A stretch of 58,196 nucleotides of DNA from Limisphaerales bacterium (lineage in GTDB: Bacteria; Verrucomicrobiota; Verrucomicrobiia; Limisphaerales; SIBE01), in the NCBI GenBank assembly GCA_044225505.1, contig JBGAIN010000034.1, positions 1 through 58,196 of the forward strand, read 5' to 3'. Below, piece after piece: positions 22,021 to 31,764 of this stretch (position 1 is its first letter; every line of letters starts with the position of its first letter). The notes under the pieces were generated by a model, which was not told where the DNA came from, did no database searches, and worked only from the letters and a program-made list of their open reading frames with translations. The position numbers and the translations under genes are program-made.

Positions 22021-22063
22021 TAGTCGGATGCCGCTTTGCGCCGTAGCTTTTGCCATCGGTGAA

Positions 22064-22099
22064 GGTCCGAGGCGGGCTCCGGATAGCCCGCACTCGACC
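22064..22099 (+). promoter_or_regulatory. Stem-loop in the 5' leader of the Zn-peptidase/HPF operon
   Basis: GGTCCGAG-GCGGGCT-CCGGAT-AGCCCGC-A-CTCGACC: perfect 7-bp inner stem plus a bulged outer stem, with no U-tract. Confidence 0.45.
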
Positions 22100-22135
22100 A
22101 ACATCGTTAAAACAACTGAACAAATCGCATTACCT

Positions 22136-22825
22136 ATGATTTGGATACTATTTCTCGGAACCATGGCCGTCTCACTCTGGGCCACGTGGCGGGTAAAGTC
22201 GGTCTATGGACGCTACAGCCAGGGCGTCGTCCGCTCGGGGCTTACAGGCGGTGAAGTCGCCGAGTTGATACTCCAGCGCTCCGGCATCGATAATGTCGAG
22301 ATTACGCATGCCGAAGGGATGCTCGGAGACCATTACGATCCGCTTCACAAAAGGCTCGTCCTTTCTTCAGCCAACTATTTTGGTCGTTCTCCAGCTGCCT
22401 TGGGAGTAGCCGCGCATGAATGTGGCCATGCGATTCAGCACGCCCGAGCGTATCGTCCGCTGCTCTGGCGCATGGCGGCAGTCGGTGTCACGAGCTATGC
22501 TAGTCAGATCACGATGTTCTTACCCATCCTCGGAATGGCCACAGGTCTGGTTTCTCCGTTGGTCGGCGCCACCGTCTTGGCCGTTGCCTGGGGGATCATC
22601 ATGCTCTTCAACCTAGTTACACTGCCGGTTGAGTTTGATGCCTCGCGTCGCGCTAAACTCGTCCTCGCGGACTCCGGTTTCATTGCTCATGGCGAGGAAG
22701 CCGTCGGCGTGAAACGAGTCCTCGACGCAGCAGCCTGGACTTACGTAGCGGCGTTTGTCACGTCACTCGTCTATTTTCTGTGGTACTTGTTGCCTGTGTT
22801 AACAGGCGGCAGTCGGTCTCGCTAA
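22136..22825 (+). CDS. Membrane neutral zinc metallopeptidase (YugP-like)
   Basis: GLTGGEVA, LGDHYDP, AAHECGHAIQH (HExxH), TLPVEFDASRRA, AAAWTYVAA. Confidence 0.92.
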   Translation: MIWILFLGTMAVSLWATWRVKSVYGRYSQGVVRSGLTGGEVAELILQRSGIDNVEITHAEGMLGDHYDPLHKRLVLSSANYFGRSPAALGVAAHECGHAIQHARAYRPLLWRMAAVGVTSYASQITMFLPILGMATGLVSPLVGATVLAVAWGIIMLFNLVTLPVEFDASRRAKLVLADSGFIAHGEEAVGVKRVLDAAAWTYVAAFVTSLVYFLWYLLPVLTGGSRSR

Positions 22826-22858
22826 CCGCACTTTCTAACCGTCAACCCATCTCGTTCT

Positions 22859-23206
22859 ATGAAGCTTACACTGCAACATGTTGCGATCCGTTCTACCCGC
22901 CAACTGGACTCTTGGATGGAGGAGCGCCTCCTTGCTCTCAAGCCGCGGCTAAAGATCGACGAAGCAAAAGTCCGTCTGGTCCATGACCATCGGGCCAGCC
23001 CGCCTTACTCTGTCCATGTCCATCTGGTAACCCCTGGGCCCGATATCTTCGCGACGGCCTACGATCACACGTTATTAGCTGCTTGGGAAAAGGCGATGAA
23101 AGGGCTGCTTGAGTCGATTGGTAATCGCGTGGAAAAGCGGACGCAACGGCTTAAAGGGAGCCTCTCCTCGCCAACGACGCGTTCCCGACCTGTCTCAGCC
23201 CACTGA
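22859..23206 (+). CDS. HPF/RaiA-family ribosome-associated protein
   Basis: 115 aa with an S30AE-like beta-alpha pattern (MKLTLQH..RST..LDSWMEERL...VHLVTPGPDIFA..DHTL.AA). Confidence 0.7.
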   Translation: MKLTLQHVAIRSTRQLDSWMEERLLALKPRLKIDEAKVRLVHDHRASPPYSVHVHLVTPGPDIFATAYDHTLLAAWEKAMKGLLESIGNRVEKRTQRLKGSLSSPTTRSRPVSAH

Positions 23207-23347
23207 AGTGGACGAGAACCCAAACGGACCGCTACGCCAGCGCCGGGAGATGGGTCGGAACCGTAATAAACTTTGGGGACGCTGGACCGCTGCACCTCTC
23301 CACCTCTGCTATTGCCTGGAGAGGTCGTTCTCTATAAAAGGTGCGCG

Positions 23348-23587
23348 ATGAAAATTGCCGAATATAAGACGGTGAGCGCTGCCAGCACCAAGGAATTGGA
23401 TAATGCGGTCAATCGCCATTTGAAACTGGGCTTTCAACCGTTCGGATCCCCGTACGTTGCCGGATCCGGATCGCATCAGTCCATGTATCAGGCCTTGGTG
23501 CGCGATGAGAACGCCGTGGTCGCCGAAGAGGCAGCGGTCAAAACAGAAGCCCCCAAGGTCATCATGCCTCCCTCCCCCAGACATTAA
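23348..23587 (+). CDS. DUF1737-like small protein
   Basis: EYKTV...LDNAVNRHLKLGFQPFGSP....YQALV. Confidence 0.7.
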   Translation: MKIAEYKTVSAASTKELDNAVNRHLKLGFQPFGSPYVAGSGSHQSMYQALVRDENAVVAEEAAVKTEAPKVIMPPSPRH

Positions 23588-23846
23588 CCACGAATTCCTC
23601 GCGTTGAAATAATACCCTTGCAACCATCGAATCGTAGAGCCGCCGTTTGTGCTTAAGGTCGAATTCCATTGAGACCGACGGGAGACGGCGACGTCGCGGA
23701 ATAATTGCAGGAACCGGCGGTGGGCAGGTTTTCAAGAAATCTCGTGCTCGCAGACGGCAGCGTGCAAAGATTAAATTGAACGGGCTCGATCCAACCCACT
23801 GGCTCGTTTCGCCTCGAGCGGCCGGAGTCATTGGTATGGACTGGCC

Positions 23847-24308
23847 CTACCAAACGGGGCCAAGCCTAACAAGGAATGCTATGTCAGGGCTGGAATGTGG
23901 CAAGCCCTGGCACGCTTGGGACCAGGAACGGCCATGATCGGCGCTCTTAAAGACCAGGTACTGTTCGGCCGCTGTGCTGGTGGATGACCGAGTGAGATTT
24001 AACAAGAGGATTCCAATCAAACAACTCAAACGACGGGGGATGATCGATGCGACGATACCCACCATCGTCATCACCCCCCCGAGAATCCAGCAGGTGATTC
24101 GTTCGTCATCCGTGATTTGAGGCCGTTGTCCCGTGAATTGCAGAAAGACACTGAATGCCGTCGGTGCCAAAACGACGATCGGCCCGACAATGACCAAAGC
24201 TAACATCACCGAAGTGGGCATGGAGTGTCCGCGGTAGGCAGCAACCCCAAGACCTACCGCGAAACAACCGATGAGGATCAACGAAACGGCCTGCGGGCTC
24301 ATGAGCAT
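23847..24308 (-). CDS. Hypothetical membrane protein
   Basis: Three to four hydrophobic segments; no recognised family; C-terminus may be spurious. Confidence 0.45.
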   Translation of the reverse strand: MLMSPQAVSLILIGCFAVGLGVAAYRGHSMPTSVMLALVIVGPIVVLAPTAFSVFLQFTGQRPQITDDERITCWILGGVMTMVGIVASIIPRRLSCLIGILLLNLTRSSTSTAAEQYLVFKSADHGRSWSQACQGLPHSSPDIAFLVRLGPVW

Positions 24309-24419
24309 AGATTAAAGGTTTGTCAGTTTTCGAACACGTTCTCAAATCTGCGATCCAATTTGCGGCCTCGCCACGAAACCTCTCCCCTACCGGTGGTCTC
24401 ACATCACTAGGAAACGAAG

Positions 24420-24655
24420 TTTCCTCAGCCGAGCCGCGAATCGATCGACCCTGAACTCCGCCGGCCTTCGCCCACCTCGCTGCACTTGATGTCTGCCGAC
24501 GATTTCCGACCGGGTGTTCCTGCGACCTAAGTCCCAGGCCGTTGGCCGTAATCCTCGAGCAAAAGATCGATCTCTGGACGCTCTTGGTACCATCGAGCCT
24601 TAACCTTGGGATGACTCGTTGGAAAGAAAAAGCCGCCAATTCCAGTCACAGTTTG
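24420..24655 (-). pseudogene. VOC/glyoxalase-family remnant
   Basis: VTGIGGFFF...P...ARWYQE...DYGQRP followed by an in-frame TAG; no start codon; degenerate downstream (RFAARL). Confidence 0.6.
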
Positions 24656-24745
24656 CCTACGAGACAGGCCCACCTTAACGCCCAGGGAACACAAAGTCTC
24701 CTTCATTAGTGACGGACGATACGAGACTTGCCTAAACCCGGAAGA

Positions 24746-24830
24746 TGGTGGGCACGACAGGACTTGAACCTGCACGGATTTCTCCACTGGATCCTAAGTC
24801 CAGCGCGTCTGCCAATTCCGCCACGTGCCC
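24746..24830 (-). tRNA. tRNA-Leu (anticodon TAG)
   Basis: GGGCACGTGGCGGAATTGGCAGACGCGCTGGACT-TAG-GATCCAG...GGTTCAAGTCCTGTCGTGCCCACCA; long variable arm; encoded CCA. Confidence 0.97.
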
Positions 24831-24995
24831 TCATCCACAGGAGACATTGTGCGCGCCACGCGAGATAACTCGCCGTTGCGTCACAAGCCGTCACCGCTCC
24901 ATTCTTACACCAGAACGCGACGCCATCGCAAGCATCGCGATGAGTTTGACACGCTTCTGGGTTCGCACCATGCTCCTACCAAGCCGGTTCCATTC

Positions 24996-27900
24996 ATGCA
25001 CAATCGTATTCATGCCTCGGTTTTAGCGTTGGCGGCGCTGTCGTTACCGTTCACTGCGCAATCTCAAACCAATCTTCCCGTCCAAGCCACGCCTTACGTC
25101 GCACCAGCGTCGGGAGAAGCAGAACTAGCCATCAAACGCTTCCAGTTGGCCCCTGGACTTAAGATCGATCTTTGGGCCGCGGAACCGCTCCTGGCTAACC
25201 CAGTAACGTTTACCTTTGACGAAAAAGGCCGTGCTTACGTGTGTGAAACCTTTCGCCTAGGTGCTGGCGTGGATGACATCCGCGGCATCATGAGTTGGTT
25301 GGATGAGGAACTGGCGTCGCGCACCGTCGACGACCGTGAGGCGGAAATGAAACGCCACCTGGGCGAACGCTTCACCAAATATATTGAAAAGAGCGAACGC
25401 ATCCGCCTGCTGGAAGACCGTGACGGCACTGGCCGCGCCAACCATGCCACGATCTTCGCGGAGAATTTCAATACGCCATTGGACGGCCTGGCCGCCGGCA
25501 TCCTCGCTCGTAAAGGCGAGGTCTGGTACGCGAACATTCCCAATCTCTGGTTGCTCCGGGACACCAATGCCGATGGCGTCGCTGACTTCCGCCAATCGCT
25601 CCATTACGGTTTCGGTGTGCGGGTGGGGTTCCTCGGACACGATCTGCACGGGCCTCGTTTCGGCCCGGACGGCAAACTCTACTTCAGCGTCGGCGATCGT
25701 GGGTCGAATGTGAAAGTCGCTGACGGACGGAACGTCGGAAACGCGGACACAGGCTGCGTCTTCCGTTCCAATCCGGACGGCTCTGACCTTGAAGTGTTTG
25801 CCTACGGTTTGCGCAACCCGCAAGACCTTGTCTTCGACCAGTACGGGAACTTGTTCACCGGCGATAACAATTCGGATAGCGGTGACCAAGCCCGCTGGGT
25901 CTATCTCGTGGAAGGCGGCGATAGCGGGTGGCGCGTCGGGTTTCAATTCATGGAGAAGCCCTATTCACGCGGGCCGTTCAATGCCGAAAAGCTGTGGTAT
26001 CCCCAGTTCGCCGGCCAGGCCGCTAATATTGTTCCGCCCATCACCAACATTGCCAGCGGCCCTTCCGGAGTCGCTTATTTCCCTGGCACCGGGTTGCCTG
26101 CAAAATACGCAGACCACTTCTTTCTCGTCGACTTTCGCGGCGGCTCACCCAACAGCGGAGTGCACACCTTCACTCTGAATCCGAAAGGAGCTGGCTTCGA
26201 ACTGGTGAACCCAGAGCGCTTCCTTTGGGGAATTCTCGCGACGGACGTTAAATTTGGCGTGAATGGCGGTCTTTATGTCAGCGACTGGGTCGAAGGCTGG
26301 GGCATGACAGGGAAAGGTCGCATTTACCGCGCCCACGCTCCCGAACTCGACCAAGACCCAACGATCCTCGAAACAAAACGGTTGCTCGCCGAGGACCTGA
26401 CTCGTCGCCCAATACCGGAACTTGCAGCGCTTCTGGCCTATACGGATATGCGCGTCCGGCAAGAAGCTCAGTTCGCCCTGGCGGATCGTCCCACGGAAGG
26501 CGCCGAGGCTTTTGAGGATGTTGCCCAACACGCCACGAATCGTCTCGCCCGATTGCACGCCATCTGGGGCATCGGCCAAATCAGCGTCCGGCAAAAGGAA
26601 GGAGCCATATCTGCCAGAGGCTTGGACGTGCTGCTAGGACTGCTGAGCGACGCCGACGCCGAAGTGCGCGCCCAAGCCGCCAAGGTTCTCGGTGACTGCC
26701 GTTACGGAAAAGCCCTCGTCCGCCTAACCGAAGCGCTCGGCGACGCGAACGCGAGAGTTCGGTTCTTTGCCGCTTTGGGATTAGGCAAATTACGCCAATC
26801 CAGCGCGCTGCCCGCCCTCTTCGCGATGCTAAAGGATAACCAGGACCGCGATCCTTACCTCAGGCACGCCGCCGTCATGGCCTTGACTGGGATCGGCAAC
26901 ATGGACGCTTTAATGAAAGCCGCGACCGATGTCTCTCCGGCCGTCCGCATGGGAGCGCTTCTGGCGATGCGTCGGCTGCAACGCTCCGAAATCGCCCAGT
27001 TATTGCACGATCCGGATCCCACCCTCGTCCTGGAAGCCGCCCGCGCCATCAACGACGAACCGATCAACGGAGCCATGCCAGAATTGGCCGCCCTCGCCGA
27101 CAGCTCGGAACTCAACCGTTGGCTGACCGGACCGCTGACCAACGCCCCGCTCGGTGAGGCCCTGCTTCGGCGCGTGTTGAATGCCAACTTCCGCTCTGGA
27201 ACGGCGAAAACGGCGATGACTTTGGCTTCCATTTCCTCGCGATCGGATCTCCCCGAGAATATGCGCGTCGAAGCCCTGGAGGAACTTGGCGATTGGCCGC
27301 ATCCTTCGGGACGCGACCGCGTCGTCGGACTCTGGCGCGCCCTGGCTGCCGTGCGACCGGTCGAGACCGCCTCTCAAGCGCTGGAACCGAAAATCGCCGG
27401 CCTCTTGCGATCGGCGCCCGATGATGTCCGGGTCGCGGCTCTGCGTGCGGTTGGCAGATTGAATATGAGCATCGTGGGCGCGGGGCTGGCTGCCTTCATC
27501 GCCGATACCAACATTGCCGGCCGAGTCCGAGCCGAAGCCCTGCAAACGACGGCAACGTTAGGCCTACCGCTCGAGGCATTGCTCGAAGCCGCCCGCCAAG
27601 ATCCCAGCGAGGATCTGCGCAACGCCAGCACACGGCTGGAAGGCAAATTCAAAAATGGAAAGTCTATCGCTCGCCTGGCTGCCACCCTCGAGTCCGGGCG
27701 CGTCCGGGAACAGCAAGCCGCCTTTTCCGCGCTGGCCAACTTGTCTGGCGAAGCCGCGGATGACCTGGTTGCTGAGTGGCTGGACCGGCTCCACGCGGGA
27801 ACCGCACCCAAGGAATTGCAGTTGGACATCCTCGAGGCCACAAATTTCCGGTTGTCCCCCAAAATCAAGCGCAAGCTCGAGCTCTACGAATCGGCCCGTG

Positions 27901-28361
27901 CCAAAGACGATCCCTTGGCTCCGTATCAAGAAGCCCTGTTCGGAGGGAACGCGATGGAGGGCAAGAAAGTGTTCTTTGAGAAGGCGGAAGCGCAATGTGT
28001 GCGTTGTCACAGGATCGATGATGAAGGAGGCGATGTCGGCCCCAACCTCAGCCATGTGGCAGCCCAAAAAGATCGTCACTACTTCTTGGAATCGATCATC
28101 GCCCCGAATCAACAGATCGCCCAGGGCTTTGAGAGCGTGCTCGTCGTGTTGAAGAACGATGAAACCTATGCCGGCGTCCTCAAAAGCGAAACGCCGGACG
28201 AATTGGTCATCAACTCGGTCGACACAGGCGTGTTAACTGTAAAAAAAACAGATATCGAATCTCGCCGTACGACGCTTTCCCCCATGCCCGAAGGCCTGGG
28301 CCAGGTACTCACCAAACAAGACCTGCGCAATCTCGTCGAATACTTGAGCACACTCAAGTAG
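24996..28361 (+). CDS. PVC-type secreted dehydrogenase-like beta-propeller / HEAT-repeat / c-type haem protein
   Basis: Signal peptide, WAAEPLLANP, GLRNPQDL.FD..GNLFTGDN, HEAT repeats, CVRCH haem motif with GPNLS, C-terminal SPMPEGL. Confidence 0.88.
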   Translation: MHNRIHASVLALAALSLPFTAQSQTNLPVQATPYVAPASGEAELAIKRFQLAPGLKIDLWAAEPLLANPVTFTFDEKGRAYVCETFRLGAGVDDIRGIMSWLDEELASRTVDDREAEMKRHLGERFTKYIEKSERIRLLEDRDGTGRANHATIFAENFNTPLDGLAAGILARKGEVWYANIPNLWLLRDTNADGVADFRQSLHYGFGVRVGFLGHDLHGPRFGPDGKLYFSVGDRGSNVKVADGRNVGNADTGCVFRSNPDGSDLEVFAYGLRNPQDLVFDQYGNLFTGDNNSDSGDQARWVYLVEGGDSGWRVGFQFMEKPYSRGPFNAEKLWYPQFAGQAANIVPPITNIASGPSGVAYFPGTGLPAKYADHFFLVDFRGGSPNSGVHTFTLNPKGAGFELVNPERFLWGILATDVKFGVNGGLYVSDWVEGWGMTGKGRIYRAHAPELDQDPTILETKRLLAEDLTRRPIPELAALLAYTDMRVRQEAQFALADRPTEGAEAFEDVAQHATNRLARLHAIWGIGQISVRQKEGAISARGLDVLLGLLSDADAEVRAQAAKVLGDCRYGKALVRLTEALGDANARVRFFAALGLGKLRQSSALPALFAMLKDNQDRDPYLRHAAVMALTGIGNMDALMKAATDVSPAVRMGALLAMRRLQRSEIAQLLHDPDPTLVLEAARAINDEPINGAMPELAALADSSELNRWLTGPLTNAPLGEALLRRVLNANFRSGTAKTAMTLASISSRSDLPENMRVEALEELGDWPHPSGRDRVVGLWRALAAVRPVETASQALEPKIAGLLRSAPDDVRVAALRAVGRLNMSIVGAGLAAFIADTNIAGRVRAEALQTTATLGLPLEALLEAARQDPSEDLRNASTRLEGKFKNGKSIARLAATLESGRVREQQAAFSALANLSGEAADDLVAEWLDRLHAGTAPKELQLDILEATNFRLSPKIKRKLELYESARAKDDPLAPYQEALFGGNAMEGKKVFFEKAEAQCVRCHRIDDEGGDVGPNLSHVAAQKDRHYFLESIIAPNQQIAQGFESVLVVLKNDETYAGVLKSETPDELVINSVDTGVLTVKKTDIESRRTTLSPMPEGLGQVLTKQDLRNLVEYLSTLK

Positions 28362-28444
28362 TCGCCTCTGCCGGAGAGTCCATTCTCCTTGGCTCGGCCT
28401 GGGTAATCCGCCGTCGCGTCATCTTCGCTTGACGGACGTCTGTG

Positions 28445-28475
28445 TGTCTATCACATATATGTCTATGCCATATAT
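28445..28475 (+). promoter_or_regulatory. Putative PadR operator (tandem 15-bp repeats) next to a TTGACG -35 element
   Basis: TGTCTATCACATATA (28445-28459) and TGTCTATGCCATATA (28460-28474), each part of an imperfect ATATGT..ACATAT palindrome; TTGACG at 28429. Confidence 0.55.
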
Positions 28476-28485
28476 TCGGACGCCG

Positions 28486-28818
28486 ATGCAGGATCGCGAA
28501 CTCAAGAAAGGCAGCGCCGAACTGTTGATCCTCTCGCTCGTCCAGCAGCAACCCAGGCATGGATACGAGATCTCGAAGCTCATCGAATTGCGCTCCCGAG
28601 GCGAGTTGCGGTTCAATGTCGCTTCTCTTTACCCCCTGCTCTACCGTTTGGAGAAGCGCGGCTGGATCCAAGGACGCTGGGTCGAAAAAGCCGGGCAAAG
28701 GCGGCGGCGTTTTTATCGACTCACGCCCGCAGGCCGAAAAGTCCTGCCGGCTCAACAACACGCCTGGCTAGCGTTTGTGGACGCTATCCAACGCATTACC
28801 TCCTGTGACCATGCCTGA
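28486..28818 (+). CDS. PadR-family transcriptional regulator
   Basis: ELKKGSAELLILSL..PRHGYEI..SLYPLLYRLEKRGWI..RRRFYRLT. Confidence 0.93.
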   Translation: MQDRELKKGSAELLILSLVQQQPRHGYEISKLIELRSRGELRFNVASLYPLLYRLEKRGWIQGRWVEKAGQRRRRFYRLTPAGRKVLPAQQHAWLAFVDAIQRITSCDHA

Positions 28819-31522
28819 CTGGAAGCCCCACCTCCAAGCCAGACTCGAGGCCTTAAACCTCGACCCAGGGCGCGGACCGGACGCGATCGAAGAAATCTGT
28901 GCACACCTCGATGACCGCTTTCACGAACTCCTAGGCCGTGGCGTCTCAGAAGTCGAGGCGGTTTCATTGGCTCTAGACGAAATGATCGGCCCCACCCAAC
29001 CGCGAACTCCCCGCCCGCTAAAACCAACGTCGCCTGGCTGCCCAAATCCAAAGCGGGCGGTTTGGCTGCGATGCGGGTTCAAATCCATTTTCGACGACGG
29101 GCGTTTTGCCTGGCGCGGCCTCCGCAAAGCACAAGGCTTCACGGCCGTGGCGCTCTTCACGCTGGCCCTCTGCCTGGGCGCAAACCTAACCATCTTCAGC
29201 ATCGTAAACGGGGTACTCCTGCGTCCGCTCCCATTTCCATCCCCCGAGAGGTTGGTAGTTATGTACAACAGCTATCCGAAGATGGGTCGTGACCGCGGCG
29301 ATTCTTCCTACATGAACTATCATACCCGGCGTGGGCAACTTCCAGCCTTCGCGGAAGTCGCGGCCCTGCGTGAAGACGCCGCCGTCGTCGGCGACGCGGG
29401 GACTACAGAGCAGGTTCACGTGACACGGGTTTCCGCTGAGTTCTTCGGCACGCTTGGCATTTCCCCATTGCTAGGACGCGCTTTTACCGACGCCGAGATG
29501 ACGCCGACAAGCGATGCGGTCGCTCTCCTCACTCACGCGTTCTGGCGGGAGCACTTTCTTTCCGATCCGGCCATCGTGGGCAAAACCCTGCGGATCGATG
29601 GCGTGCCAAAAACGATCGTTGGAGTGCTGCCGGCCAACTTCCTGTTTCTCTCCTCTAAAGCGCGCGTGTACCTTCCCCTTTCCGTGACTGCCGACACCTG
29701 TCGGGTCGAGAACCTTCACAACAATGGCGTGGAAGTCATCGGACGACTGAAACCGGGAGTTCGTCTCGAACAGGCGCAAGCGCAAGTCGACGCCCACAAC
29801 GCCACGATTGGCCGAACGTTCCCCTTCGCTAAGGAAGTAACCGCGGCCGGATTTCACACTATCGTCGCGCCGTTGCACGCCGAACACGTCGCCTCAATTC
29901 GACCGATCTTGCTCCTCTTGCAAGCGGGCGGACTCTTACTCCTCGCCATCGGGTTGGTGAATCTGGTCAACTTGCTTCTCATCCGCTCGAGCGGGCGAGT
30001 GAAAGAATTGGCCATCCGCCAGTCTCTCGGCGCAGGACGGCGCCAGATCCTCCAGCATCTGATGATGGAGATTTTCCTGCTCGCCTTGGGCGGCGCGGTG
30101 CTCGGTTTAGCGCTCAGTCTCACTGGTGGCAAACTCTTGGGACAGCTCGATCTTCACCAACTTCCACTGAGTCCCGAGGTGGCATGGAACGGGCGCATGG
30201 CCCTAGTTACCCTACTGGCAGCCAGCTTCACAGGGCTCGGGATGGGCATCCCCGTGGCGTGGTTTCACTTGCGAACTCCTCTAGCTTCGGCGATTCATGC
30301 CGAAGGGCGCGGCGGAACAGGCAACCTAGCGGCGCAGCGTTTGCGTCACGCCTTCATCGTGGCTCAACTCGGCCTAGCTATCGTGCTCCTGTTTGGCGCA
30401 GGCTTGCTCGGACTGAGCTTGAAACGAGCAATGGCTGTTTCGCCGGGATTTCGCCCGGACCATGTCCTGGCTGGGAAACTCTCGCTGAGCAAGACGGCCT
30501 ATTCGGACGACGCGCTTCGCGCGAACTGCGTCGAGCGCCTGGTGCAAGCGGCCACCCAGCAGCCCGGGGTCGGCCTCGCTGGCATCACAACAGACATCCC
30601 CGTGACCGGAAGCCATCGTCCCAATGTCATGACGATTATCGGCTATACCCCTACACCCGGCGCAGCCCCTTTTCTTCACGAGCAGTACGGCGTCGCCGGC
30701 AATTACTTTGCTGCCATGGGAATCCCGCTCAAGGAAGGGCGATTTTTGGAACCTGCCGATTCCGCGCGACCCCAGCGTGTCTGCGTGATTGACGAAGACT
30801 TCGCACGGACCTACTGGCCCGGCAGAAGCGCGTTGGGTCAACGCATCTCGGATGGATCCGACACTCGATCGGAATCCGAATGGTTCACGGTGGTCGGTGT
30901 GGTTGGGGCCGTGAAACAAACAGATCTTACCGATCGAAAACCGGCGCGTGCCATTTACTTTCCTTACCGGTATTTCGCCATGGAAACCGTTTTTCTGGTC
31001 ACCCGGACAACCGCCGCTTCCGAATCCTTGCAGCGAGCCCTGCAGCGCATGGTCCGGCAGGTCGACCCCGAGCTCCCATTGTATGACTTGCGATCCATGG
31101 AAGTGCGCATCACGGATAGCCTGATCCTCCGGCGTTCTCCCGCTCTGCTCTCCGGCATCTTCGCCACGGTGGCCGTTCTCCTCGCGGCCATCGGCACGTA
31201 CGGAGTGTTGAGCTTTGCCGTCGCCCAGCGCCGAAAGGAGATTGGCGTCCGCCTCGCGCTCGGCGCCCAACCCATTCAAATCCAGCATCAGTTCCTGACC
31301 CTGGGGCTTCGCTTGCTCGCCGCCGGCAGCGGATTAGGACTTCTCGGCGCCTGGGTGGCCGGTCGCGCGGTGCAAGCCATTCTATTCGACGTTCCCGCCA
31401 TTCACCTGGGAACGCTCGGAGCCACGGTCGCAATCATCAGCGGCGTGGCACTGACCGCCTGCTTTTTGCCAGCTCGCCGCGCCAGCCAGGTCGATCCGCT
31501 CGTCGCCCTAAGAACCGAGTGA
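28811..31522 (+). CDS. ADOP-type duplicated ABC permease
   Basis: Permease prefix domain, two MacB-PCD/FtsX units (ELAIRQSLGA; EIGVRLALGA), PARRASQVDP; directly follows PadR. Confidence 0.92.
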   Translation: MPDWKPHLQARLEALNLDPGRGPDAIEEICAHLDDRFHELLGRGVSEVEAVSLALDEMIGPTQPRTPRPLKPTSPGCPNPKRAVWLRCGFKSIFDDGRFAWRGLRKAQGFTAVALFTLALCLGANLTIFSIVNGVLLRPLPFPSPERLVVMYNSYPKMGRDRGDSSYMNYHTRRGQLPAFAEVAALREDAAVVGDAGTTEQVHVTRVSAEFFGTLGISPLLGRAFTDAEMTPTSDAVALLTHAFWREHFLSDPAIVGKTLRIDGVPKTIVGVLPANFLFLSSKARVYLPLSVTADTCRVENLHNNGVEVIGRLKPGVRLEQAQAQVDAHNATIGRTFPFAKEVTAAGFHTIVAPLHAEHVASIRPILLLLQAGGLLLLAIGLVNLVNLLLIRSSGRVKELAIRQSLGAGRRQILQHLMMEIFLLALGGAVLGLALSLTGGKLLGQLDLHQLPLSPEVAWNGRMALVTLLAASFTGLGMGIPVAWFHLRTPLASAIHAEGRGGTGNLAAQRLRHAFIVAQLGLAIVLLFGAGLLGLSLKRAMAVSPGFRPDHVLAGKLSLSKTAYSDDALRANCVERLVQAATQQPGVGLAGITTDIPVTGSHRPNVMTIIGYTPTPGAAPFLHEQYGVAGNYFAAMGIPLKEGRFLEPADSARPQRVCVIDEDFARTYWPGRSALGQRISDGSDTRSESEWFTVVGVVGAVKQTDLTDRKPARAIYFPYRYFAMETVFLVTRTTAASESLQRALQRMVRQVDPELPLYDLRSMEVRITDSLILRRSPALLSGIFATVAVLLAAIGTYGVLSFAVAQRRKEIGVRLALGAQPIQIQHQFLTLGLRLLAAGSGLGLLGAWVAGRAVQAILFDVPAIHLGTLGATVAIISGVALTACFLPARRASQVDPLVALRTE

Positions 31523-31764
31523 CGTGTTCAATCGCATCGCCTGCGATCTCCCTAGCGATTCCAGCTTACCTCCGCGGCTTCGACCGCCAACGATCTCGGC
31601 CCTAGAACAGTTCCAGACCCCGCTCGTTCAAGTTTTTGTTTATTCCCCTCGCTCTGGCCAGGACGTTCCGATATAGAATTCCCAATTCTGCGCGTGGCGT
31701 TGACTTGAAAGCTTTTTTCGAATGCGGACACCGTCGCGTACGTCAGAAGTGAACGTTAGATCGG

